From positions 3,651 to 67,650 of the forward strand of contig JBCCLJ010000007.1 of assembly GCA_039026915.1 (NCBI GenBank): 64,000 nucleotides of DNA, in the 5' to 3' direction. Below the pieces are notes generated by a model that did no database searches, was not told the DNA's origin, and was given only the letters and a program-made list of their open reading frames with translations. Positions 18,505 to 26,790 of the stretch are shown piece after piece. The stretch is from Acidobacteriota bacterium (GTDB lineage: Bacteria > Acidobacteriota > Thermoanaerobaculia > Multivoradales > Multivoraceae). Position numbers and translations under genes: made by a program. Positions within the stretch are counted from its first letter, which is position 1. Each line of letters begins with the position of its first letter.

Positions 18505-21500
18505 TCGAACGGGCCTTCCTTCCAGTTCTTGCTGATGACGCAGATCGGAACCGGAGCGATGAACTCGATGCCCGTATCGGCGCGCACCGCGTTGATGTTC
18601 ACCGTCTGCGAGGTGAAGCGGCAGTTGTCCGGCAGGAAGCTCTTGAGCTCGTCGCGGATCCGCTCCAGGTCGCTCGTCAGATCACCCGCCGTCGAGCCTG
18701 CGGTCGAGTTGCCGGAGCTGACCTCGGTGAAGGGGTTCGAGAACACCGGCTGGTCGGTCTCGCGGTAGCGAGTCGTCTGACCGGTGAGCGAGTCTTCCTG
18801 GAGGCCGTTGCCGCTCGGAGTGAAGAAGGTGTAGACCTGACCGAAGCCCGAGCGCTGGCAGATGCCGGCTGAGGCCGCAGTGTCCGGAATGAAGGTGCTG
18901 AACGCGGTCACTCCAGAGAGCGCAAAGGCGCGGGTGACGACCTTCTCACCCGGATCCAGCGTGATCACGTAGCCGTTCTGGTTGCCGGTGCTCGGCGTCA
19001 GGAGGACGTTGCCACCGGTGGACGGAGCCTCGGCGTCGATGATCTCGTAGTTGGTCTCGTCGAAGCCCGTCGCCATCGTGAAGCCGTCGTCGAGGAGGAC
19101 GTAGAAGCGGCCTTCCTGAGTGGCCACCGTGGTGTTCCACATGTCCTCGCGATCTCCCGTGCCGAAGGCCAGAGCGTAGCGGCCCAGGTCGCCGACGAAG
19201 AGAACGGAGGGCGGGAAGAAGACCGGGCGGCCGCCGGTGTCGAAGATGGCAAACGGGTCGAGCGAGGGGTCCTGCAGCAGCGGGTCGCCGCCGGGTCCAC
19301 TGGTCAGTGCCGTCGGCGTCGAAAGGTCGACCTTGTACATGAAGCCGCCCACCGTCCCGATGTAGATCGTGTCGATCAGCGCGTCACCGTCGGTGTCGAC
19401 GGCGGCCGGCTCAGAGGGAGCCGCGCTGTCCAGCTGCCGCTTGTAGATGTGCTTGCCCGTTTCGACGTCGACGATGTAGAGGTGTCGTCCCAGACTGGAG
19501 TCATCGGGATCGATGCCACCCCCGAAGACAGCGACGTACTTGACGACCGGGTTGCCGCTCGAGTCGAGGACTTCGATCCGCCCGGTGTTGGGCAGCGACC
19601 ACGTGTTGCCGAGGTCGCTGTCGGTGTACTCCCAGAGCGTACGGCCGTAGCGGTTCGGGCCACAGCTCGTCGTGCTGTAGCTGCCGGTGATGCAGCTCGG
19701 CACGTAGTTGGAGCTCGTCGGAACCTGCTCGCCGTTGATCGTCGTGAGCTGATCGGGCTGCGTGACGTCGAGGGCGTAGTAGCTGTTGCCGCCCTCGCGC
19801 AGTCCACCGATCAGAACCGATCGCCACTCGCGGTCACCGTCGGTCGGCGAGCCCGTGTGGAAGGGATCCATGTAGAAGTCGTCGATGCGCACCGGACCGT
19901 CCACGGAGAACTCGTGGCGGCTCGAATTGAACCTCATGTCGTAGAGGCGCGACAGCTCTTCCCGCGGCACGTACGCGAAGAGCTCGCGCCCCGTGCCGAT
20001 GCCGAAGGTGCCTTCCTGCTGGCCGCCGACGACGCTGCTCTGAAAGCGACCCGCGTCGAAGGCATGCAGCATGCCGTCGTTGGCGCCGGCGAAGACGACC
20101 TGGCGGCGGTAGCGGTGCTTCTCGAAGAAGCAGCGGTAGCCCTGGTCGCTGACCGAACAGTCGGCGTTCGATCCTGCGGGAAGGTTGGAGGCGAGGTACT
20201 CCGGACGCACGGGCTGCCCGAGCTGTACCGGATCACTGTGGAAGAGGTCTCCGAGGATGAACTCGAAGGGCACGCCGGCGGCGTCGGTCGCCATCTTGCG
20301 CACGACGACGTCGCGCATGACCAGGGCCGCTTCGGTGCGGGCGGCGAGCTCGGAGGCGGTGTCATTCGCGGTGAAGGTGATGCCCATGGCCGTCCACAGG
20401 TCGCGCTCCTGGTTGATGTTCGAGTGGGGCAGCAGGCGGCGGTTCGGGTAGCCCACGCGGTCGCCACCGTTGCGCCTGCGGTCGCCGTACAGGATGCGTC
20501 GCTGGTTCTGGCCGTTACCGACGCGCAGCAGGCTGCCGTTGACGACCGTGGGATCGGCTTCGATCGCCATGTCGTTCCAGGAGGCCGTCGACGAGTCGTC
20601 CGGGGGCGCCTGCGGCAGCATGGCAGCACCGGCTTCCCAGGCGAGACAGGAGGTTGGGTCGGAGCCGCTGCAGGTGGCGTTGTAGTTCGGAACGAAGTCG
20701 CCGGCCGAGTTCAGTACGGTCGGCAGCGGCCGGATGAAGTGTGCGAGCTCGCCGGGCCAACGGTTCGTTCCGTCCTGCGGCGTGAAGCTGGTCAGAAAGA
20801 TCGAGTCCTCCGACTCGACCTGAGCTGCCGGAACGGCGGCCGAGGCGAAACTTGCCTGTGCCGACTGCAGCGAGTCGAAGATGTTGGAAAGCACGTTGAC
20901 CAGCTCCGCCTTCGTCTGAGCGATGACGACGCCGTTCGAAGCCGCGGGTGGAGTTCCGGTGATCGTCGCGGGGTCGTATCCCAGGCAGAAGTTGAAGCCG
21001 ACGACGTTGCCGGTCGTCTGGTCGAAGTCGTTGAAGTCGTTGCAGTCAGCGCCGTTCGTTGCGTCGCCCATGTTGGGCAGGCCGCGGCCGGCGAACTTCG
21101 GGTTGGTCGCGGGGGAGAGACCGTCGCGGTCCAGACCGCCGGTGCCGCCGTTGTTGGCGATCGCCTGCAGCGAGCCGGCGGTGACGCCAGCACCGAAGCC
21201 GACGACGAAGGTCTTGACGCCGCGGCCGTAGAGACCGTCGGCGGCGGTCCCGGGGTTGCCACCACAGGTTTCGGCGCCGTCCGAGAGGAGAATGACGAAC
21301 TTCTCGCGACACTGGAAGTCGGAGTCGCCGGTGTTGACGTCAGCGGCGAAGGGCTCCCACTCGTCGAACCAGGCGCTCGTTGCGTTGAGCATGCCGGCGA
21401 GCGGCGTGAAGATGCCGATGAAGACCGGCGGGCTGTCGACGTACGGAGCGCGCAGCGCGAGCGTGCCCGAGACGGGCTCCTGCTCGAAGTAGTAGGCAGC

Positions 21501-22724
21501 GCGGAGAATCGGCAGCGGCTCGCCCGCCTCGAAGCCGGGGTAGAGCCCGGCCGCCTTGTCTGCCGCCGTCACGACGTAGGCCTCGACCGGCTGCCCCGTG
21601 ACCGGGTCCGGTCGCGTGTTCGGTGCCAGGCGATAGAGGATCTCGTTCTTGGAGCTGTGCTCGAAGCCCGCGGTCGGGAAGGGCTGCGGATAGCCCCGCC
21701 AGTCCCAGGGGATGACGTCGCCACGGTCGAAGGCGCCGTCGGTGGGATCGCGGTTGAACGGGTCAGCCTCCGTCGGATAGGCGAACTGGCCTTCGGAGGA
21801 GTTCGTACCGGTCGCGTTATTCTCGTTGGGCTCCCAGAGGACCGACTCACCGCAGTCGGAGAAGCGGGTCCAGTCGAGAATCGTGCCGATGCCGCTGTGG
21901 TTGTAGCGGCTGAAGTAGTCGAAGGCGACCTGATTGCCGGCGGCGTCGAGGAACGGCTTGTTGGCCTGCGGGTCGCCGTCGTCGGTGAACGCGGGCACCA
22001 TGGTGATCGTCGCCGTCTGGTTGCGCGCATTGCCGCCGGTAGCCAGGGTGCAGTCTGCGTTGATCGCTGTGACGTTGATCTGCAGATCGAACGTGGGGTC
22101 GCCGAGCGTGTTCGCCGGCAGGCCCGTGAAGCGAACCCTCAGGCGCTGACCGTTGCCGTTGATGTTGTTCGTGTAGATCGTCGTGGTGACGGTGCCGTCG
22201 TGATCGAGCTTGGGGAACGCGTTGAGGCGACCGCGGTTGTTGGTGGGGTTGTTGCACCAGCGGTAGTCCGCGTTGTCGCCGTCGACGACCCAGCGCCCGA
22301 AGGACACGTTGTCCGTCTCGAGGGGCCACTGCAGGACGTCCCACCAGCCCGGATTCGCCTGTCCCGTCGCCCGTCGGTAGAGATAGTGCTTGCGGTCCGC
22401 TTCCGACCCGGGCTGCGGAAAGTGCGCGAAGCCGAGACGGATGCGGTCGTCGAGCCCTCGGACCACGTCGTAGACCGCGGCCTTCGCCTGATAGAAGCGC
22501 GCTCCCGGGTTTGCCTGATCGCCCAGAGCGATCGTGCCGTTGAGCTGCGCGTTCATGGAGCCGGACGTGTCCAGCAGCATCATCACGTAGGGGCTCTCGG
22601 CAGCGGCCTGGAAGAGGTCGCGGTCGTCGGCTGCGGCTGGTGCAGCGGCGAGCGCCGCGACGCTCAGGGCGAGCGCGGCGCCGAGGACACGGCGGGCGTT
22701 GGAGATGGAGAGTAGGGACTTCAT
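18501..22724 (-). CDS. pilY1: Type IV pilus tip-associated adhesin PilY1-like protein. It is about 1400 aa, with an N-terminal vWA domain and a C-terminal PilY1 beta-propeller domain.
   Basis: It has a signal peptide, a vWA MIDAS motif (VMMLLDTSGSMN) and a C-terminal PilY1 signature (GANDGMLHAFDAGRF...GRELFAYVP, NSYYALDVT). It lies inside the fimT-pilVWX operon. Confidence 0.8.
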   Translation of the reverse strand: MKSLLSISNARRVLGAALALSVAALAAAPAAADDRDLFQAAAESPYVMMLLDTSGSMNAQLNGTIALGDQANPGARFYQAKAAVYDVVRGLDDRIRLGFAHFPQPGSEADRKHYLYRRATGQANPGWWDVLQWPLETDNVSFGRWVVDGDNADYRWCNNPTNNRGRLNAFPKLDHDGTVTTTIYTNNINGNGQRLRVRFTGLPANTLGDPTFDLQINVTAINADCTLATGGNARNQTATITMVPAFTDDGDPQANKPFLDAAGNQVAFDYFSRYNHSGIGTILDWTRFSDCGESVLWEPNENNATGTNSSEGQFAYPTEADPFNRDPTDGAFDRGDVIPWDWRGYPQPFPTAGFEHSSKNEILYRLAPNTRPDPVTGQPVEAYVVTAADKAAGLYPGFEAGEPLPILRAAYYFEQEPVSGTLALRAPYVDSPPVFIGIFTPLAGMLNATSAWFDEWEPFAADVNTGDSDFQCREKFVILLSDGAETCGGNPGTAADGLYGRGVKTFVVGFGAGVTAGSLQAIANNGGTGGLDRDGLSPATNPKFAGRGLPNMGDATNGADCNDFNDFDQTTGNVVGFNFCLGYDPATITGTPPAASNGVVIAQTKAELVNVLSNIFDSLQSAQASFASAAVPAAQVESEDSIFLTSFTPQDGTNRWPGELAHFIRPLPTVLNSAGDFVPNYNATCSGSDPTSCLAWEAGAAMLPQAPPDDSSTASWNDMAIEADPTVVNGSLLRVGNGQNQRRILYGDRRRNGGDRVGYPNRRLLPHSNINQERDLWTAMGITFTANDTASELAARTEAALVMRDVVVRKMATDAAGVPFEFILGDLFHSDPVQLGQPVRPEYLASNLPAGSNADCSVSDQGYRCFFEKHRYRRQVVFAGANDGMLHAFDAGRFQSSVVGGQQEGTFGIGTGRELFAYVPREELSRLYDMRFNSSRHEFSVDGPVRIDDFYMDPFHTGSPTDGDREWRSVLIGGLREGGNSYYALDVTQPDQLTTINGEQVPTSSNYVPSCITGSYSTTSCGPNRYGRTLWEYTDSDLGNTWSLPNTGRIEVLDSSGNPVVKYVAVFGGGIDPDDSSLGRHLYIVDVETGKHIYKRQLDSAAPSEPAAVDTDGDALIDTIYIGTVGGFMYKVDLSTPTALTSGPGGDPLLQDPSLDPFAIFDTGGRPVFFPPSVLFVGDLGRYALAFGTGDREDMWNTTVATQEGRFYVLLDDGFTMATGFDETNYEIIDAEAPSTGGNVLLTPSTGNQNGYVITLDPGEKVVTRAFALSGVTAFSTFIPDTAASAGICQRSGFGQVYTFFTPSGNGLQEDSLTGQTTRYRETDQPVFSNPFTEVSSGNSTAGSTAGDLTSDLERIRDELKSFLPDNCRFTSQTVNINAVRADTGIEFIAPVPICVISKNWKEGPFE

Positions 22725-22765
22725 GGGCTAAACCTCCAGGGCGTGCTGCCCGGGATCAGAGAACT

Positions 22766-23509
22766 TCAGCCGGCGTTCGGCGGAAGGGAATCGGACTCGG
22801 CTTCGGACGACTCTTCGTCGTCGCCGTCAGGACTCGGCGGGGTGTCTTCACCCTCGCCCTTGAGGAACTTGTAGGTCACGTCGAACTCGATGTTCGAATA
22901 GGCGTAGACGTCGGGGAAGGCGACCTCGAAGGTCTGCGTCTCGAGGGGTCCGACCGAAGCGGCGGGCATCTTGCCGCGCGCCGTTTCGAGCAGGCTCCCT
23001 TCGGCGTCGTAGAGCGTCGCCTGCACTTCGACCAGCACCGCAAAATTCTCCGTCGGGTTCTGCAGCGTGCCGCCGAACTTCAGGCCACCGAGGCCGGCTT
23101 CCGTCTCCTGCCACGAAGCGATGCTGAGTTTCTCGGCGGCGGTGACGGCTTCGTCCGAGGTGCCGTCGGTGTCGGCGCTGTCGACGCGTCGGGCTCTGGC
23201 GACGTTCGAGTTGTTCAACACGAGCGCCGGCTCGCGCCGGGGTCGCTCGGCGGCGGGCTCCGGCTTCGCCTGAGGCGGTGCTGGGCGGTTGGCCGCCTCG
23301 CTGGCCTCGACGTCGACCTGCGACAGCCGGATCGAGGACAGGGCGCCGTTGGTTCCGGTGAACAGGACACGCGAGCCTTCGATCTTCCACGCTCCCCGCG
23401 TTTCGATGCGCTCACCGGTCTCGAGCACGATCCAGTCGCCGAAGGCGGAGCTGGGGGCGAGCGCAGCGAGGCCCGAGAGGGTCAGCGCGAGGAGTGTCTT
23501 TCGGTTCAT
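22766..23509 (-). CDS. Secreted hypothetical protein. It is a paralog of the 17719..18504 product and lies immediately upstream of pilY1.
   Basis: It has a signal peptide (LLALTLSGLAALAPSSAFG). GERIETRGAWKIEGSRVLFTGTNGALSSIRLSQVDVEA and ...SNIEFDVTYKF match the other paralog. It has an acidic Asp/Glu/Ser-rich C-terminal tail. Confidence 0.5.
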   Translation of the reverse strand: MNRKTLLALTLSGLAALAPSSAFGDWIVLETGERIETRGAWKIEGSRVLFTGTNGALSSIRLSQVDVEASEAANRPAPPQAKPEPAAERPRREPALVLNNSNVARARRVDSADTDGTSDEAVTAAEKLSIASWQETEAGLGGLKFGGTLQNPTENFAVLVEVQATLYDAEGSLLETARGKMPAASVGPLETQTFEVAFPDVYAYSNIEFDVTYKFLKGEGEDTPPSPDGDDEESSEAESDSLPPNAG

Positions 23510-23520
23510 GGCGAATGACC

Positions 23521-24090
23521 TCAGAACTTGATCTTGGAGACCTGGTTGGCCGCCACGGCGTACTGGTTCGTCGTCTTGCCCCAGGGCTGCATTTCGAGCA
23601 TCACGGTGACGTCCTTGCGGGCGAGCGGAATGTCGTTCGCTCCACCGCCAGCCCCGACGGCCGATGACGTGCGCGTCGCGCGCGCCGTGACCGCGTGGTT
23701 GATCTCGAAGAAGTCCGAGTCCTGGTTGATCTGGCAGAGGTTGCAGGGCGCATCGAGGATGGGGACGAAAGGCGTCGTCTCGATGCGATCGTTGACGTCC
23801 AGCGCGTCGGTACCCTGGACCTGGATCGTGTCGACGAAGCTGAGCGTCTGCTCGCGGTAGTCGCCGTTCGCGAGGACCGCGGCGAGGGCCGCGTTGAGCC
23901 CCGAGTCCGCGGCGTAGAAGTTGCGCTGGATGCTGCGCTCCTGCGAGCCGACGAGCAACTCGGTCTGCGAGACCAGGGAGAGCCCGAGTCCGATGACGGT
24001 GAGAGCAAACATCACCATCAGAGTGATGATGTAGGCGCTGCCTTCTTCGCGGCGAGCGGCTTGCACCGAACGCTGATTTCGAGTCTTCAT
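23521..24090 (-). CDS. pilX: Type IV pilus minor pilin/assembly protein PilX-like
   Basis: I set the start at the ATG at 24090 (MKTRNQRSVQAARREEGSAYIITLMVMFALTVIGL). The PilX_N-like hydrophobic segment lacks the G/F cleavage site, which is typical for PilX. Its position between pilW and pilY1 fits. Confidence 0.6.
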   Translation of the reverse strand: MKTRNQRSVQAARREEGSAYIITLMVMFALTVIGLGLSLVSQTELLVGSQERSIQRNFYAADSGLNAALAAVLANGDYREQTLSFVDTIQVQGTDALDVNDRIETTPFVPILDAPCNLCQINQDSDFFEINHAVTARATRTSSAVGAGGGANDIPLARKDVTVMLEMQPWGKTTNQYAVAANQVSKIKF

Positions 24091-24134
24091 GAAGGTGAAT
24101 CCTTGGGAAGTGCGATGCATGGTTCGGTATCGCT

Positions 24135-25388
24135 TCAGCCGATGTTGCGGAGGTCGACGACGGTCTGCAGAGTCCGGCGACGATGAGCTCGATCGTTCTG
24201 ATCCTGCTCGTTGGTCGGTTCGGCCGGTTCGCTGTAGTCGCGGTTCTCGAGGGTCGTCAGCGGTGCCGACATGTAGCCTGCGTCGGGCCGGTCGGTGCGC
24301 GTCAGCGTGGAGATGCGCGCCGAGAAGAGGCGGTTGGTCGCCCAGCCGGCGGTCGTCAGATCGTCGCCCGGGTCGTTGGCCATCCACTCGTCGGCCGTGA
24401 GGTCGCTCGGGTCCTCGTCGATGTCGCCGTCGTTGTTCAGGTCGATGGCGAGTGCGACCTGGAGATCGAGCACGTTGTCGGCGATATCGACGCGCGTGTT
24501 GGCGTCGTCCGTGGTGTCGATCGGCGTCGTCGTGCTGCTCGGAATCACCGGAAAGAAGGTGTTCGTACCCGGGTAGAATTGTGCCCTCGAGAGCTTGCTG
24601 GAGAGGCCTCCGGTGACCGACTGGTCGTCGCGGATGTAGTAGCGATACTCCTCGACGACGCCCGCGAAACCGACGTTCGTCAGGTTGTTCGGAAAGGTGG
24701 AGCCGGTCGACGACAGCGGAACGTAGTTGCCCGTGTTGATTCCAGCGCCCGTGTTGGCGGTGAAGTTCAGCACGCCCCGAAGGTCTGCCGTTCCGTCGCC
24801 GTTGACGTCGGGGTTCGACCAGGAGGCGCCGGTGATCTCGACCACTCCGTAGATGGCGTCGTTCACCGCGCTGACCAGCATGAGAGCGATCGGCAGATTG
24901 CGGTCGAGCATGTCCTTGAGATCGTCGAGCGGCTGAGGGATGAACATCGACGGGCTCAGGCTGTCGACCTGGAGCGTGCCGGTCTGCGTCGAAGCCGTGT
25001 AGGAGAAGGCCGCCGGATTGGCGGAGTCGATCTGCATGATCGGCGTCGAGAAGACGCCCCGGACCGTCAGAACGTCGGTGTTCTCTGCCACGTCCTGACC
25101 GCCGATCTGAGTGCCGGTCGCCACGTTGTCGGCGATGGCGATCGAGCTGGCGCGGTTGAGTCCTCCGCGGCCCGCCATACGGGTCAGACGTGCAACGGTG
25201 TTCTGCGCTACGCGCTGCGACTGCTGCAGGTCGGCGATTTCCGTCTGCACGCGCGAGACGCGCCCGTTGACGTCGAAGAGAAGGAGAGCGAGAACGAGAA
25301 CTTCCGCCATGATCGCGCTCGCAATGACGAGCTCGACGAGGGTGAAGCCTTCTTCGGAGGCCTGCTGCTGGATCGGTTGTGCGTTCAT
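24135..25388 (-). CDS. pilW: Type IV pilus minor pilin PilW-like
   Basis: I set the start at the ATG at 25388. The prepilin leader is MNAQPIQQQASEEG|FTLVELVIASAIM, with a G-1/F+1 cleavage site and Glu at +5. The mature domain is about 400 aa. Confidence 0.65.
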   Translation of the reverse strand: MNAQPIQQQASEEGFTLVELVIASAIMAEVLVLALLLFDVNGRVSRVQTEIADLQQSQRVAQNTVARLTRMAGRGGLNRASSIAIADNVATGTQIGGQDVAENTDVLTVRGVFSTPIMQIDSANPAAFSYTASTQTGTLQVDSLSPSMFIPQPLDDLKDMLDRNLPIALMLVSAVNDAIYGVVEITGASWSNPDVNGDGTADLRGVLNFTANTGAGINTGNYVPLSSTGSTFPNNLTNVGFAGVVEEYRYYIRDDQSVTGGLSSKLSRAQFYPGTNTFFPVIPSSTTTPIDTTDDANTRVDIADNVLDLQVALAIDLNNDGDIDEDPSDLTADEWMANDPGDDLTTAGWATNRLFSARISTLTRTDRPDAGYMSAPLTTLENRDYSEPAEPTNEQDQNDRAHRRRTLQTVVDLRNIG

Positions 25389-25441
25389 CTTGGCGTTCTC
25401 GGAGTTGTCGTGATTTCGGTCCGGTCGTGCGGTGCCCGTCA

Positions 25442-25999
25442 TCACAGGGCCTTGTACATGCGCAGGGTGACCTGCTTGCCGGGGCTCATGCCCGAGGGGG
25501 GAGCTCCGACCTGGACCTCGATCTCCTTGAGGTGCACGGCCTGCGGATCGGCGCTGGCGTCGAGGAGCTCGGATGCATCCAAGACGCCGTCGGCGAGCGC
25601 GTTCATGCTGAACTGCCGCACCGTGACCGTGCGCTCGAAGGTGTCGATCTCGGTGCTCGGAAAGCTGCTGACGTCGTACCAGCGCTTCGAGTCCTTGGAC
25701 CACTTCTCGTTGCGTACGAGTTCGTTGCCGGCGATCAGTGTCAGGGCCGGGTCATTCGCAGGCAGCTGGATCATGCGCTCGAGCTCGGAGCGGGCGAGGT
25801 TCGTCGCCTCGGTTGCCTGCTTGCCCTGCAGATTGTTGGTGATCGAACGCGTGAACATCGGCAGAATGCCGACGCTGACGATGAGCAGCAGCGCGGCGGC
25901 GATGAGCACCTCGATCAGGGAAAAACCGGAGGGTTCTCGGTCGAAGAGCGGGCTTTCGGAGCGCGGGCGTGTCGGGGATGGAGCGAGCATCAGAACCAC
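25442..25999 (-). CDS. pilV: Type IV pilus minor pilin PilV-like
   Basis: The prepilin N-terminus is ...REPSG|FSLIEVLIAAALLLIVSVG. Start at the GTG at 25999 or the ATG at 25990. It overlaps the upstream fimT-like gene. Confidence 0.65.
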   Translation of the reverse strand: MVLMLAPSPTRPRSESPLFDREPSGFSLIEVLIAAALLLIVSVGILPMFTRSITNNLQGKQATEATNLARSELERMIQLPANDPALTLIAGNELVRNEKWSKDSKRWYDVSSFPSTEIDTFERTVTVRQFSMNALADGVLDASELLDASADPQAVHLKEIEVQVGAPPSGMSPGKQVTLRMYKAL

Positions 26000-26688
26000 T
26001 TCCAGAGGTTGGCGCCCGAGGTCGCGTCCTTGCCGCGCGGATAGAAGCCGCTGGTCCCAGATGCGAAGGGCGGAGTGGGGTAGTACTTGCGAACTTCGAC
26101 GCGCGCCGTGGCGCGAGGCTCGACGCGGATCTCGAAGAAGTTGCCGCGAGCGTCGGCGATACGGAAAGCGCCGGTCTCTCGGACCGATCCATCGGGCTCG
26201 AAGACTGCGACGGGACGGCTCGAGGAGTCCGTATTGAGGCCGTCGGCGATGTCCGTTCCGTTGGGCGCGGCGTCGGCCGGACCCCAGAACTTGATCGAAG
26301 TGGAGTCGTTTCTGCCTTGTGGCAGGCCGCTCTCGGAGACCCGGTAGTCGACGGTCCTGGCGACCGCGGTCGCGTTCGGCTGGTAGAGCAGGCCGGCGTC
26401 GTCGTCGACGTTGGCGAAGGCGAAGAGTCGGTTGTTCGTCGTATCGGCGAGCACGACGACGTCGACGCCTCGGCGGATGGCTTCTTGACGCGCCACCTGG
26501 AGGACGTTGGTCGACTCGCGTAGGGCCGAAGAAACCTTCGAGCGCTCCAGCATGAGCAGCAGGTTCGGGATGCCGACGAGAGCGAGTGTGCCGACGATGA
26601 GGATGACGATGAGGACTTCGATCAGAGTGAAGCCTTCGTCAGGATTCGCGGAGCGCGGCGTGGCGGGAGTGGGCAGGGGCACCTTCAT
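25990..26688 (-). CDS. fimT: FimT/FimU (GspH-like) type IV minor pilin
   Basis: It has the leader MKVPLPTPATPRSANPDEG|FTLIEVLIVILIVGTLALVGIPN with Glu at +5. It is the first gene of the minor-pilin operon. Confidence 0.65.
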   Translation of the reverse strand: MKVPLPTPATPRSANPDEGFTLIEVLIVILIVGTLALVGIPNLLLMLERSKVSSALRESTNVLQVARQEAIRRGVDVVVLADTTNNRLFAFANVDDDAGLLYQPNATAVARTVDYRVSESGLPQGRNDSTSIKFWGPADAAPNGTDIADGLNTDSSSRPVAVFEPDGSVRETGAFRIADARGNFFEIRVEPRATARVEVRKYYPTPPFASGTSGFYPRGKDATSGANLWKWF

Positions 26689-26790
26689 GACAGTCTCCTA
26701 GTAAGCAAGGGCTGTACCACCGATCGAGGGGCACTCTCGAGGCTCAGGAGAGCCCTGTTTTCATTGGGTTCAGGCGGTCTGCAGCAGTCG

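Noticed and set aside
19449-22715. A 1088-aa plus-strand ORF and many smaller ORFs inside pilY1
   Set aside because: They are antisense shadows of the 1407-aa PilY1 gene. Only the minus-strand frame shows coherent vWA and PilY1 domain signatures.
24183-26237. A 684-aa plus-strand ORF across pilX, pilW and pilV
   Set aside because: It is antisense to three pilin genes that have clear prepilin leaders. Its composition is low-complexity and Arg-rich.
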